A stretch of DNA of 64,000 nt from Eledone cirrhosa (Eukaryota): the NCBI GenBank assembly GCA_964016885.1, contig OZ024746.1, forward strand, positions 62,062,001 through 62,126,000, in the 5' to 3' direction. Below are positions 11,169 through 24,857 of the stretch, piece by piece. Each line of letters opens with the position of its first letter. Position 1 is the first letter of the stretch. The notes beneath the pieces were generated by a model, which did not search any database, was not told the DNA's origin, and saw only the letters and a program-made list of their open reading frames with translations. The position numbers and the translations under genes were made by a program.

Positions 11169-11699
11169 GGTATCCACTGTAAGTTGTGGGGTCTATTCTG
11201 TATGAAGAACTCAATGTAATCCATATGTTGAAAATGTTGTAGGTTAAGATAAATCTCAGAAAACAATAAAACATTAAAGGGAAAACAGAGTCATGATATA
11301 AGTTAAAACAATGAAATAAAAATTTCATTGTTTTAACTTATATATATATATATATATCTCACCCACGGACATACACTAAAAAAAATGTTTCCCACACGCC
11401 ACCTACATCCACAATACGTATAAACACCACACACACGTGCGTACCACCACATATTTACACACTCAGCTTCCGGAATCCTCTCCTCCCCTCCCCACCCCTC
11501 TGACCCCTCCCCAGCCACACACACATTTTCCTGAACATGCAACCCCGTTCTTCCCCCAACTCTCACATTCACATACACACACACACACACACGTACACCT
11601 ACACACACACATCACCTTCAGCCCTCCCCGCTCGGACACCCCGCCTCCCTCTCCCCATTCCACCCGCCACCACCCCTACACGCCCCACACTCTTCCACC

Positions 11700-11958
11700 A
11701 CTTGTTTTACTTCATGTTTATTTTTATTTTTATTTAGCTTTTATATTTATTTTCATTTGTACCGTTTCCTCTCACCCCCTTTCTTCTAAATGTCTCTCCC
11801 CCACTCCCCTACACATCATTGGAACTCTCTTCCCACACACTTTTCGCCTGAAGAAGGGCTTATGCCAGAAACGTCGTCCACCACCAATCACCATAAAGAG
11901 CGTGAAACTAATAAACATTTGTTCGTACTGCCTCTCTGTTTTGTTCCCGTTCAATTTT

Positions 11959-11962
<4 letters not shown>
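11700..11962 (+). mobile_element. Family M pLTR-like repeat with a hammerhead core lacking stem I
   Basis: CTGAAGA-AGGGC ttat GCCA-GAAACGTCGTC. Related copies on the minus strand at 45110-45298, 46888-47100 and 62110-62345, all ending in (TA)n. Confidence 0.65.
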
Positions 11963-12000
<38 letters not shown>

Positions 12001-12006
<6 letters not shown>

Positions 12007-12395
12007 TTCCGTATCTCCAAAGAAATACGGTTTTAGGAAGCCGTAGCTATGCAAACACCGGGGGGCTAACGCCCTCTGGTGATGTCCAGCAGAAGCAAGG
12101 GGGACAACCGTCTATGCATTTCAGGCTTAACTGGCCATCGTTAGGACGGTCCCTTCCACCGCATGCGACTGCTAGACTAGAAGACAGGCGAGAATATATT
12201 ACTCATGCAGCTTCATATGCAAATGAGATTAATCACCTCATTTACACAGAAGAGAAAAGTATATATTCTCGCCTGTCTTCTAGCCCAGCAGTCGCAAGCG
12301 GTGGGAGGGACTGTCCTGACGATGGCCAGTTAAGCCTGAAATGCATAGCTACGGCTTCCTAAAACCGTATTTCTTTGGAGATACGAAATATTTAT
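12001..12395. mobile_element. Family E fold-back element with a hammerhead in each arm
   Basis: Inverted arms ~12001-12199 / ~12260-12395. Hammerheads at 12107-12150 (minus) and 12310-12347 (plus): CTGACGA-tGGC cagttaa GCCt-GAAA-TGCA-TA, with palindromic ATGCAT. Confidence 0.75.
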
Positions 12396-12512
12396 ACAAA
12401 TTGTATAAAGCTATGCTTGAAGCGAAATCCTATTTCTTTCATATATATATATAAATATATATATATGAAATACCTTAAGGATTGCATATTTACATGTGTG
12501 TGTATTTACGTT

Positions 12513-12543
<31 letters not shown>

Positions 12544-12545
<2 letters not shown>

Positions 12546-12950
12546 GGTGGCTGCCAACTCGTTTTCGAGTACGGCCACTACTTTATATCCATGTAGGAGA
12601 ACCCCTACCGATGCGCTGAACGAGTGTCACTTTTTAGTCCAGCCAGCGACTTGAAAACTCTGGTACAAACACTACACTTGTGACAATTATTGACACATAG
12701 TGCTGGGCCCATGGTACCATGTGACGACAAGTGCAGAGAGATCTCCAGATATAAAGCAATGCCTGTGCTGTGAAGCTTTTATAGTGAGCAAAGGCACTGC
12801 ACAAAGCCAGTCCCACTCTCTTAACCAAGATGATATTTACCAAAAAGAAGAACAAGGCAACATCTTTGGATACCATCAGAGTTGCAGGTGTTATATCAGA
12901 GTTTTCCTTCTAGAATTCTGCCTTGACAAAGGCTAAGGGGTCATCTCTCC

Positions 12951-12953
<3 letters not shown>
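12544..12953 (-). mobile_element. Family G retroposon, truncated
   Basis: Fixed left boundary ATGGTGGCTGCCAACTCG next to a microsatellite, near-identical to 30137, 40377, 43309 and 50838. Confidence 0.85.
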
Positions 12954-13026
<73 letters not shown>

Positions 13027-13094
13027 AACGTAAATACACACGCATGTAAATATGCAATCCTTAAGGTATTTGTGTAAACATACACATACAACCA

Positions 13095-13905
13095 CATAAC
13101 TACAACCACCACCGCCACTGTCACTACCACTACCACTGTCACACTATTACACCCCCACTACCATTTCCACCATCACCATCACCTCCACCACTAACCTATA
13201 TCCACTATATATACCCCGGACCACCAACAACAGCCTAATCAACAGTTTATTTTTATTTATCGACATCAAACACCACCATTATTAACCCACAGCTACCCTA
13301 TCACCACCACCACCACCACCATCACCACCATCATCATCATCACAACCACTACCACCATCACCACCACTACCACCACCACTACCACCACCACCATCATCAC
13401 CACTACCAGCACCACCACCCCCACCACCACCACCACCAGCACCACCACCACCACCACCATCATCACCACTACCACCACCAACATCACCACCACCACCACC
13501 ACCACCACTGCCACCATAACCACCACCACCATCACCCCCCCCCACCACCACCACCACCATCACCATCACCACCACTACTGCCATCATCACCACTATCATC
13601 ACTACCACCACCGCCACCACCATCATCATCACCCTCACCACCACCATCATCATCACCACCACCATAACCACCACCACCACCACCACCAAACCTCGCGTTT
13701 CACGACATCGGTGTCTCGCATGATTTACTGTCATCGGGTCACGGATACCTGTGAGTCACATGATGGGGTAGAAGAAGAAGAAGAAGAAGAAGAAGAAGAA
13801 GAAGAAGAAGAAGAAGAAGAAGAAGAAGAAGAAGAAGAAGAAGAAGAAGAAGAAGAAGAAGAAGGAGGAGGAGGAGGAGGAGGAGGAGGAGGAGGAGGAG
13901 GAGGA
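13095..13905. repeat. (CCA)n-rich low-complexity tract followed by (GAA)n(GGA)n
   Basis: Direct reading. An ~80-bp unique island at 13690-13770 interrupts it. Confidence 0.95.
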
Positions 13906-14040
13906 AGGGGAGAGAAAATTATTTCCATTTCTCTTCTACTCCATCTTACCTTGACACCATAATACTCTGCAGTAATCACAGTCCTTCTTTCAACCCCTCT
14001 CTCTATATATATCCCTACCTCTTTCTCTCTCTCTCATCCC

Positions 14041-14079
<39 letters not shown>

Positions 14080-14132
14080 CATACAACCCTCTTCAGCTCT
14101 ACAACCACTGTCACCCATTTAACTAGCCTTAC

Positions 14133-14323
14133 CTGTAAATATGGCTTATTATGGTTAACTAAAGCAGCGATTTCAAGAGACAGTTTCCATTCACTGGTTT
14201 GATATGTGTGACTCGTGACACCTTAACAGGAAGTTGATAGCCTCGATGACTGTGGTCTCTCCGTCATTACAACAGAAACGCCTATTTAAACGGCACAGCA
14301 GAAAATCTTTCTATTTAAGAGAT
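14133..14323 (-). other. Candidate non-coding exon (191 nt)
   Basis: Minus strand: T-rich tract ending ttttttag at the acceptor and CAG|gtaagg at the donor. Unique sequence with stops in all three frames. Confidence 0.4.
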
Positions 14324-14530
14324 CTAAAAAATAAATAATAAAATAAAGAAACAATAAAATAAAGAAAAACGATTCAATAAAAGAAGGAAAATGATATGCA
14401 ATAATGAATAAAATAAACAATGAATATAAATAAGACGAAATAAGCAGGCAGACGATAGAACAGACGACAAATAGATAGAAACAACGTAAAGGGAATGACG
14501 AACAAGATAAACAAGGAGTTTTAAAATTTA

Positions 14531-14950
14531 CTTCTACTGGTTTTAAACCATCAATTCTTAGTGTTATTTCACCAGTAACTATCGTCCAATCCCCAGGAAT
14601 ACTCTGCCAATAACCTCTTCACGTCTATAGGTCTTCAACCATCAATTCTTAATGATATTTCACTAGTAACTATCGTCCAATCCCCAGTAATACACTGCTA
14701 ACAACTGCTTCACGTCTACAAGTTTTCAACCATCAATTCATTTTACCAGTTATTTTACCAGTAACTATCGTCCGATCTCGTCTTCACGTTTACTAGTCTT
14801 CAGCTACCAATCCTTAATATTTCACCCCAATAATACCCTGCTAACAACTACGTCACACCTACTGGTCTTCAACAATCAATTCTTAATGTTATTTCACCAG
14901 TTATTATCTTCCAGTCCCCAGTAAGACCCTACCTACAACGTCTAGTTTTC
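14531..14950. repeat. ~91-bp minisatellite, about 5 degenerate units
   Basis: AACCATCAATTC...CCAGTAACTATCGTCC recurs at ~14546, 14637, 14728 and, degenerate, at 14871. Confidence 0.85.
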
Positions 14951-15049
14951 TATAATCCAACTCCTACCCAACCAATTATAGAACAATAACGAGAGTGGGG
15001 AAACAAAACAGTTAATATTAAATTTAGATTTTAGTTGGTTATATATATA

Positions 15050-15209
15050 TAAGAAAGAAAGTGTGGTAAGGAACCAGGTGGACCATAACGCACCTGAGTC
15101 AGGAACTGGAAGGCTGAGCTCCGGCTGCTTCGACAGCTAGATACAAACTAATCCACCAGGCTGGGTTAGTTCGGATCTAGCTGTCGAAACGGCCGGAGCT
15201 AAGCCGTAT
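15050..15209. mobile_element. Family A variant, internally deleted fold-back
   Basis: GTGGTAAGGAACCAGGTGGACCATAACGCACC tail plus an inverted GTCGAAACGGCCGGAGCTAAGCCGTA. Confidence 0.6.
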
Positions 15210-15257
15210 ATATATATATATTATATATTATATATATATATCGTATTATATATATAT

Positions 15258-15468
15258 CAGGGGCGGTGGAAGCATTTCTGAATTGGGGAGACGACATTTG
15301 GTGTCAATTTACTTGTGATTAGTTAGCTCTTTGCACTCTTCGATATGCGATAAACATAACATGTACATAAATCGTACCGCATATCCAAATAGATATGTGT
15401 TTTGGTAGTTTGAGGAGAACAATATAATTGGGGGGGGGGGGGTGCACCCAACAATTCCACCGCCCCTG
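15258..15468. mobile_element. hAT-like MITE
   Basis: Perfect 14-bp TIRs CAGGGGCGGTGGAA / TTCCACCGCCCCTG. TSD is not resolvable in the TA-rich flanks. Confidence 0.7.
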
Positions 15469-15588
15469 TATATTGTATGTATATAAGTTTTTAAAAAAAT
15501 ATGCTCTGTACCCTTTCCTAAGGGGTTAATATATCGAGTTTCTTTGCATTTGGTAATAAACTGGTATTATACTCAATTTATTCATCTC

Positions 15589-15659
<71 letters not shown>

Positions 15660-15660
<1 letters not shown>

Positions 15661-15822
15661 TGTTTCAGAAGATCCTGTTAAAGGTGAAAGCAGCGATTCT
15701 TTGCTTAAACTTTAATCTGTTATTTTAATAAATATTTGCTCTACGGTTCTTATATATTTGATATATATTTATCCTTATCGAGCCCTCTTTGGATTTTAGT
15801 CTACACATTTATTATTATTACT
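15660..15822 (+). mobile_element. Family J AT-rich pLTR-like repeat (rearranged copies at 1870-1980, 16510-16620, 20213-20372, 61066-61250)
   Basis: Shared GCAGCGATTCTTTGCTTAAACTTTAATCTGTTATTTT and ATCCTTATCGAGCCCTCTT.GGATTTTAGTC, with internal inversions differing per copy. Degenerate core CAGAAGA-tCCC gttaa GGGt-GAAA. Confidence 0.6.
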
Positions 15823-15844
15823 ATATATATATATACATATATAC

Positions 15845-16035
15845 AAATGAAAGTACAGCATGTTCGAGCACCAGCTAAGCCAACGAATGCCTTCAGCAGT
15901 GCAGTCAAGCACCCGACAAGGTATAGACCTCAGAGTAATAACATACAGTTTAAAGGGCTTTGCAAATTGAAGATAGCGACCGCTAATTCAGCCGCGTGAT
16001 CTGTAGCAATGAAAGAACTGACTAATGAGAAAAAA
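15845..16035. repeat. Interspersed repeat (inverted copy at 28135-28312)
   Basis: Shares CAGTTTAAAGGGCTTT..TGAAGATAGC.ACCG.TAATTCAGCCG and TGTAGCAA.GAAAGAACTGACT. Confidence 0.7.
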
Positions 16036-16040
16036 TACAT

Positions 16041-16094
<54 letters not shown>

Positions 16095-16629
16095 CTGTAT
16101 ATATAACAAACCTGGACAGTCACTTCGAAATTATTGAATATCTAAGTGAGGTTTCTGTAAATCCGAAATCAACAAAATCCGCTTGTGGTGTATACAAGTT
16201 AGGTTTCTGGAATATCGAACAGAGGACTTACGTTCTCAACAGGCTTTCGTTCTAACCCAAACCCAGGTGATAGCACATGTTACTCCAAAGGGAGGTAACC
16301 CCGGTTTAAGACGGTCAAATTCAAATTATCAGCAATGGAAAAAATTCCATACACAAACTGAATTAAGCACCCAACCAGACCGTTATTAAACAAACTTAAA
16401 TAATTAACCAATCAATTGAATTGTCAAATTAAATTAATCAATTAATCATTAGGTCTAGGAGATAGTAATACAAATATATACAAATATATTTATATATATA
16501 TATATATAGTAATAATAATAAATTTGAAGACTAAAATCCAAAGAGGGCTCGATATATATCCCGTTAAGGGTGAAAACAGCGATTCTTTGCTTAAACTTTA
16601 ATCTGTTATTTTAATAAATAAATATATAC

Positions 16630-16710
<81 letters not shown>

Positions 16711-16713
<3 letters not shown>

Positions 16714-17891
16714 CAAAATAAGATGCTGAGGTTACATATATCGTTTAATCATTATAATTATTTCCACGGTTCTCCATGCAATCGAGATGGTGACTACAAC
16801 AGGAAGCGAACCCGTTCCCGTAATGTCATTTAGTTTAACCACCCCCTCCATTCTGCGCCGGTTTACGCAATAACCTAGCGGCCTCTTTCATCAGGGCTTT
16901 GGATAAGCATTTCCATAAGCAGCACCGGTACCATGCCATTTTCAACAGGCACACTTTTAAATTGTCCTACTCCACAGCTAGAAACCTAGCGCAAAATATA
17001 GAAGCCTTAAACCGCAGTAGATTAAAAAACGTCCGCAACTCCAGGGGAAACAGCAGCCACGAGGAGGCGCACCACGCAAATGCCTCTTCCTCTGTTGGTA
17101 ACATCTTAAACCGTGAAAGACCGGGGAATCATACAACGCGATCCGGAGATCCGGACGGCAACACCCCTCCGAGCTGTAATTGTAGAAATCCCAGTAACTG
17201 CCCCCTGGAGAGAAAGTGTCTTAGCAGTGACTTAGTATATGAATGTAGAGTGAATGCCAACAACCAAACCTTCACCTATATCGGAGCTACGGCTAATAAA
17301 TTTAAGGAACGCTGGTACAATCACTGACACACCTTTAGGAGAGTTGATAAGAAATACAGCACCGCCCTCTCAGAACTGGTGTGGCGTCTCAAACATGATA
17401 ACTTAGAATACATCTTGTAGTGGCCCAAAGTAGCCTCAGCCCAACCCTAAAGAGGGGGTGGACATGACTCATGCGATTTGTGTGTCACCCAAATTATGGA
17501 AATAATCGAGAGGGGAGCTCGAGTTATCAATAAAAGAAGTTTTTTTCGTTGATAGCTTTTTCTAGCAAACACAACGGCTGGCAAACCCTTCAAGGAACTC
17601 ATATGTCTGTTGGGCACACAAGCAATAGGGCGTGTGTTTTTTCCTGCCAGCGACATATCAAACATATCGAATATTCATCTGAGGATACCGTTCTCATAGT
17701 CAACAGCAAATACATGAAACACATCTCAATTGCATGGAGAACCGTGGAAATAATTATAATGATTAAAAGATATATGTAACCTCAGCATCTTATTTTGTTA
17801 TTTTTATGAAATTCTCCATCATAACTAAAAACTACGATTGTTGAGAGCTTTCTCCTGCTTAGTCCTGTTATTACCAAAGCAATCTTTTCTG

Positions 17892-17892
<1 letters not shown>
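16711..17892 (+). mobile_element. 5'-truncated Penelope-like element with an inverted pLTR segment at its 5' end
   Basis: 79-bp inverted repeat 16711-16789 / 17722-17800 brackets the coding remnant. Flanked by (TA)n and (CA)n. Confidence 0.85.
16835..17545 (+). pseudogene. Penelope-like RT C-terminal linker plus GIY-YIG endonuclease (decayed, in-frame stops)
   Basis: PPF...LDKHF..H..IFNR..KLSYS, Cys-rich linker CNCRNPSNCPLERKCL, VY...YIGAT..FKERWYNH, then STALSELVWRLK, CDLC and INKRS past the stops. Confidence 0.85.
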
Positions 17893-17987
<95 letters not shown>

Positions 17988-18579
17988 CATTTATGACTAT
18001 TGGTGAGCTTTGTTACACTAAAGTTTCACCTTCGCACTCACAGGATCACCAGTCTTGTCTGATGATTCGGTGAATACGTAGGTGGGACTCCAGAGTAACA
18101 AGGCTTAGTTAGCCATAATATTTAAACTCTATTTCGGTATTGAGTTTTCATTCTTACGTCCGTCTATAATTCACCTACTCCCAAATCTTGAATAATCACC
18201 CCCGTCCAGGCTCCAGCTTATTAATTTTTCAGATCTCCCACCCCCGTTTTTATTCCACCACCCCTCCCAAAGGAGACCACCTCCATACTCGCAGGAAGAA
18301 AAATATTAAAAACAAATGTAAGGAAACATATCTCGAAATCCACATCTAAAGTCCTTAGAAATTTTTTTTTTTTTTTTTAATTTGCCTCTGTGCTGTCACT
18401 CGTTCTTCCACAGGTTTCCCAGGGTACTCAGTCTTAAATTTCTACCCATATTTTGCATCTACTTCTGTTCCACTCCAACCGACCTCTGCCTCACTTCTAC
18501 TCGAATAACTTAACATTTTCTCCTTTTCTCTTGTGTAGAACCAATGGAAGATGTAAATTATTTCACTGGGTAAAAATGA

Positions 18580-18787
18580 TTTCTAGTAATTGGCCAGTAA
18601 TTTGGGGAGAGGGGAAAGTCGATTAAATCGACTCCAGTGCGTGACTGGTACTTTATTTTATCGACCCCATAAGGATGAAAGTCAAAGTTAACCTCGGTGG
18701 GATTTGAACTCAGATCAAAAAGGGCCATAACTCTATGCTGCAAAGCATGGCGTCCGACCCTCTACCGTTATTGCCAATCCACCGCCC
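18580..18787 (-). mobile_element. SINE family H
   Basis: Full-length reverse-complement copy starting GGGCGGTGGATTGGCAATAACGG. Confidence 0.85.
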
Positions 18788-19154
18788 TTCCACTGGTTAA
18801 AAATAAAAATGAAATATAAAATATAAAGAAATAAAGGAAGAAAAGAAGTCCATCAAGTTTCGAAAGAAAATCACTTCCTTTGCTATTGTATGGTAAGGGA
18901 AATCTTGTGTGGTCAACTGGCCATTATGTTGTACGTGTGTTTAGTAAATAATAGCGCAATTAAGTAATTATTTCCTGTTGGGTAGTTTAGAGAAGCACGA
19001 CTTCTAGTGATCTAAAATACGAACTTGGGTAATAAATAGTAATATACCAGTAAAGGTTAGGAAGAGAGTGAGAGGGAGAAAGAGAGAGAGGGGGTGGACA
19101 GAGGAAGAGGAGAGAGGGGGTTAAACGGGAGAAAGCTGGGGCTTACTCGGGAGA

Positions 19155-19228
<74 letters not shown>

Positions 19229-20369
19229 GAAGGATGAACAGAGGAAGAGGAGAGAGGAGGTTAAACGGGAGAAAGCTGGGAATTACTCGGGAGGGAGAGA
19301 GAGAGAGGGGGAGAGCGAGGGGTAGGGGTATAAACAGGAGAGAGGATTAGCTAGAGGAAGAAAGGATGAATAGAAGAAGAGAGAAGGGGTGACATATGAG
19401 AGAAAGAAAAGAGTTGACAGAGTCAAAATATAGTGAGTAGCCGGATGTTGTATTCAGCAATGTGCGCTGCACCTCCCATATACTAAAAGAGAGAAAATTT
19501 TGATCTACAGATAAAGGAAGTCATCAAACTATAATATTGCTTGTTCCAACTAATTGAATTTATTTACCGAGCGAAGCCAATTTCCGATAAACATGTTCTT
19601 CGGATGTGTGAAAAGGGTGTGTAACTTGAGAACGTGTCTGGAATTGAATTCTGTCAAATTCTTATTAGCAGAATAACCAGGAATATTATCTACCACACAC
19701 TGTTTTCTCACTTGTTCAATCTAATTGAGATTATTACTAAAGAACCTAACTGAATTGGCCAACCATCATCGATATTTATTCGTGACGAAACAACGTTTTA
19801 CTAACAATTCTGTAACAGAAAATTTCTCAATAATTTTTGCTCTACTTTTTATTTATTTTATTTGTAAAAGAAGCTTCATGTGAAGATAAATTAAAATGTT
19901 TTATTTTGTTCTTATAATTGCTGATGCTTAATATGTTTCTAGAGTTCATCTTATTGTTGTTGTTGTTGTTGTTATGTTGTTTCTGTGACACAAACCTACC
20001 CCCCCCCCCCCCCCACACACACACACTGACTGTCTTTTTAAAGTGTAATAATGTAATATTATGTATTAAAAAAAGGTAGAAACAATTATGTATTAAAATA
20101 TATATTACCTCTATGTTTACATATCGAGGGTTCATTCATTCATAATACGATATCACACACAGACACGCACACACACACACTCAAACATACACATATATAT
20201 ATATATATATATATTAAAATAACAGATTAAAGTTTAAGCAAAGAATGGCTGCTTTCAGCCTTAACGAGATCTGAATAAATATTTGCTCTACGGTTTTATA
20301 TATTTTGATATATATATTATCCTTATCGAGCCCTCTTCGGATTTTAGTCTTCACATTTATTATTATTAC

Positions 20370-20433
<64 letters not shown>

Positions 20434-20857
20434 ATATGAAGAAAAGCTTTTCTCACAGAAATATTTATACGCTAAAATACAAAGATGGTTTTGGCAACTT
20501 GTAGTTATCGGCTGATTCCAGAAGCCAAACAAGGAAAGGACGAGGAAAATCATGCGACTTTTATCTCATTATGGACAACTGACGCTGCACACCAGGTACG
20601 AACACAAAAGAGCCGAACTCCCACTGTCATCGCTTCCATCTCTCTGTATTATGAGCAAATGGGTCCCACGTGCTGGCCGCCCCACGATCCCGGGGGACCG
20701 AATGGTGAAGGCGTTTCCCCGGAGGATGGTAAGGGAGGTGTTTTGTAATTTTAAAATTAAAAAAATCCACCTTAGTAATGCTTTTCACGTTTGCAGTCCT
20801 TTATACTTTATTTTTCAACATTTGCAAACATAACTTCTCTCAATCATTATCTTATGA

Positions 20858-21254
20858 ATTGGCAGTATCAGTAGAGGGTCAGACGCCATGCTTTGCAGCT
20901 CAGTTACGTCCCTTTACCGACTTAATTCAAATCCCGCCGAGGTTAACTTTGCCTTTCATCTTTACAGGGTCGATAAAATAAAGTACCAGTAATGTACTGG
21001 GTAATTGGTGGCCTTGAGCCATAAGTAGAAACAATTACCTTATTATCTTTATATGCACCCCTCCTTACCCAAGACGGATATAACACGATTAGACTAATAT
21101 TATCTCACTGACAGCGCATAGAGTTACGGCCCTTGCCATTCTGAGTTCAAATCCCGCCGAGGTTAACTTTGCCTTTCATCCTTACGGGGTCGATAACATA
21201 AAGTACCAGTAATACACTGGGTAATTGCTGGCCTTGTGCCTAACGTAGAAACAA
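20858..21254 (+). mobile_element. Two head-to-tail SINE family H copies
   Basis: Cores at ~20945 and ~21165, each ending GTAGAAACAATTA. Confidence 0.85.
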
Positions 21255-21341
21255 TTATCTCACTGACATCGAATTTATGACTTTACAATCTCCTGTTGCT
21301 TTTCTCATCTGATCATTTCTTGTCAGCGTATATGTGAATGA

Positions 21342-21964
<623 letters not shown>

Positions 21965-22294
21965 CCATTCGATTAATTGGTGAAATATATTTCTTTAATG
22001 GAATATATACAGGAAAGATTAATCATATTATAAGGTAGGTATCTATTTTTGAAGTTCTCGTTAACTTTATTTAGTTATCTACCTAGCTATGTGTGGTTAC
22101 ACACTTGTAAAAGTTATCTCCTGTGATTATTCATGTTTATTTATATGTTAATCAATTTCTAGTTATTATAAAAGGCTCGGACCTATTCGTTAGAATCTTA
22201 GAGCTTATTTTGCGGGTGATATGGCGCATGTCTTTCTGGCATGACACCCATAATTTTGATTTAGATTATATTCATTTAGATGTATCTTAATTTT

Positions 22295-22559
<265 letters not shown>

Positions 22560-22566
22560 TATATAT

Positions 22567-22617
<51 letters not shown>

Positions 22618-22621
<4 letters not shown>

Positions 22622-22925
22622 TTAGTGGTTAGAGCATTGGGCTTGCAATTGAGAGGTTGTGAGTTCGATTCTCGAACCGGGTGATGCGTTGTGTCCTTGA
22701 GCAAGACACTTTATTTCAAGTTGCTCCAGTTTACTCAGCTGTAGAAATGAGTTGCGACGCCACAGGTGCCAAGCTGTATTGGCCTTTGCCTTTCTCTTGG
22801 ACAACATCGGTGGCGTGGAGAGGGGAGACTGGTATGCCTGGGTGACTGCTGGTCTTCAGGCTTGTGCCTCAGAGGGAAACTTTCTAGGTGCAAAACCATG
22901 GTCATTCGTGACCGAGTGGGGCCAT
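22618..22925 (+). mobile_element. tRNA-derived CORE-like SINE (family I head, alternative 3' part)
   Basis: TGGCTTAGTGG A-box, GAGTTCGATTC B-box, TTGTGTCCTTGAGCAAGACACTTTA. Confidence 0.8.
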
Positions 22926-22926
22926 A

Positions 22927-22966
<40 letters not shown>

Positions 22967-22972
<6 letters not shown>

Positions 22973-23151
22973 GAGATTCTACAGGACTAGAACTGTTTCA
23001 TTCTTTAGAAATCATCATGATTCCTGATGATTTCTAAAGAATGAAACAGTTCTAGTCCTGTAGAATCTCTTCTATATTAAAACTTTTATACTCTGCTATG
23101 TATTGAGTACCTTACTTACTGTGGTTACCTCCGATTCAACCCGGAATAACG
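22967..23151 (+). mobile_element. Family B fold-back element with a hammerhead at 23019-23067
   Basis: GATTC-CTGATGA-tttctaaagaat-GAAA-CAG ttctagtc CTG-TA-GAATC, preceded by an inverted copy of the same segment. Confidence 0.78.
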
Positions 23152-23619
23152 TATATATATATATATATATATATATACTCATTCACATATACGCACACAC
23201 ACACACAAACGCACACACACATATATATATATATATGTGTGTTTGTGTGTGTTTGTGTGTGTGTGAATGAGTATATAGATATAAATTGATAACATATTGA
23301 TAATATATACGTATGTAGTAGACAGACTAATATTCAATATTTTTTCGTTTTTCATAGCTGTTTCTAATGGGAAATTTATTTTCATATGCCAGAGTTATTC
23401 TCCCTTTATCACTGCTACTCTTTCATGGTTTTTCTCGTTTTTTCTCATCATTTCCCGTGAGATATTTTTCAAAATCTCCTTCGGCCATTTTTATACGCAT
23501 TCACATAAGGGCATGACTAACAGTGCATGACTAACAGTTTTGCAAATTTTTCTAGCTCATGAAACCATTGGCTGCAAATAAATTATCGTGAGTACGAATC
23601 ACACAGACACACACGCACA

Positions 23620-23668
<49 letters not shown>

Positions 23669-23915
23669 TCATATATACAGATATACATTTATACATCTAT
23701 GTTTATAGAATGGGGATATATATTCATTATATTAATACTCTCCTGATTAAATGATTAAATAAATCCAGGTTTCATTGTTGTTATAGTCCAGCTATTGGTC
23801 AGTCTCCATAAAATAGACGTTAGCAATGACCATCACATCTTTTTGGACATATTTTGTCACAGACTACATTATCCAATATGTCCTCCTAATGGCGACAAAC
23901 AAAGAAAGAAACAAA

Positions 23916-23970
<55 letters not shown>

Positions 23971-24211
23971 ATTAAAAAAATAAACAGGCTTTGATTTCAG
24001 AGTATTTTTCTTGCTATGTTTTCTAGCGTGTCAAGCGATCCCATTGAGGTGGTGTCATTGGTCCGTGGTTTTCGTTGTGTTTCTATACAGTGACAATAAA
24101 GAAAATTAAATCTAAATTCTCCAATAAAGAGACGACAGTCTTTAAGAAACAATTTCTTTTGTTTGTGTGTGTATTTCTACCTGTGTATACACATGCACCC
24201 CTACATACATA

Positions 24212-24325
<114 letters not shown>

Positions 24326-24639
24326 AAGCAAAAAAAAAAATAGCAACCAACCACAGCTGTTCAATTTGTTGCCATACAATGTGCCAGCTCAATGACAAAC
24401 TAATGGGATTTTGAAGAAAAGAAAAGCCCAATAGAATAGGGAGAATGAGGGGGACTGGAGACCCCTATGGATATTTGAAAGGGGACAAAGAATTTGTTGT
24501 GATTAGATCCCAATTCTCATTTGCTATTTCGTAAGGTTATTATTGTAATATCAATATGTCAGTTTAATTACTAATGACAGCAAAGATAGTTAAAAGACAA
24601 CAACAACCTACTGGGTAACAAGATTTTTAGACATTGAAA

Positions 24640-24716
<77 letters not shown>

Positions 24717-24760
24717 ATACACACACACACACACACGCACACACACATATATATATATAT

Positions 24761-24840
24761 AACGAAGGAGTTGTGGTAAGGAACCAGATGGACCATAACG
24801 CACCAGAGTACTCAATACTTAAGGTAGTAGAGTGGGTAAT
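24761..24840 (-). mobile_element. Family A tail fragment (similar fragment at 4401-4480)
   Basis: AACGAAGG..GTGGTAAGGAACCAGATGGACCATAACGCACC..GTAGTAGAGTGGGTAAT. Confidence 0.65.
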
Positions 24841-24857
24841 AATAGCAATAATAATAA

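Noticed and set aside
12634-12936. Recurrent ORFs MLGPWYHVTTSAERSPDIK / MVSKDVALFFF as a gene family
   Set aside because: They come from copies of repeat family G, have non-ATG starts, and indels between copies do not respect frame.
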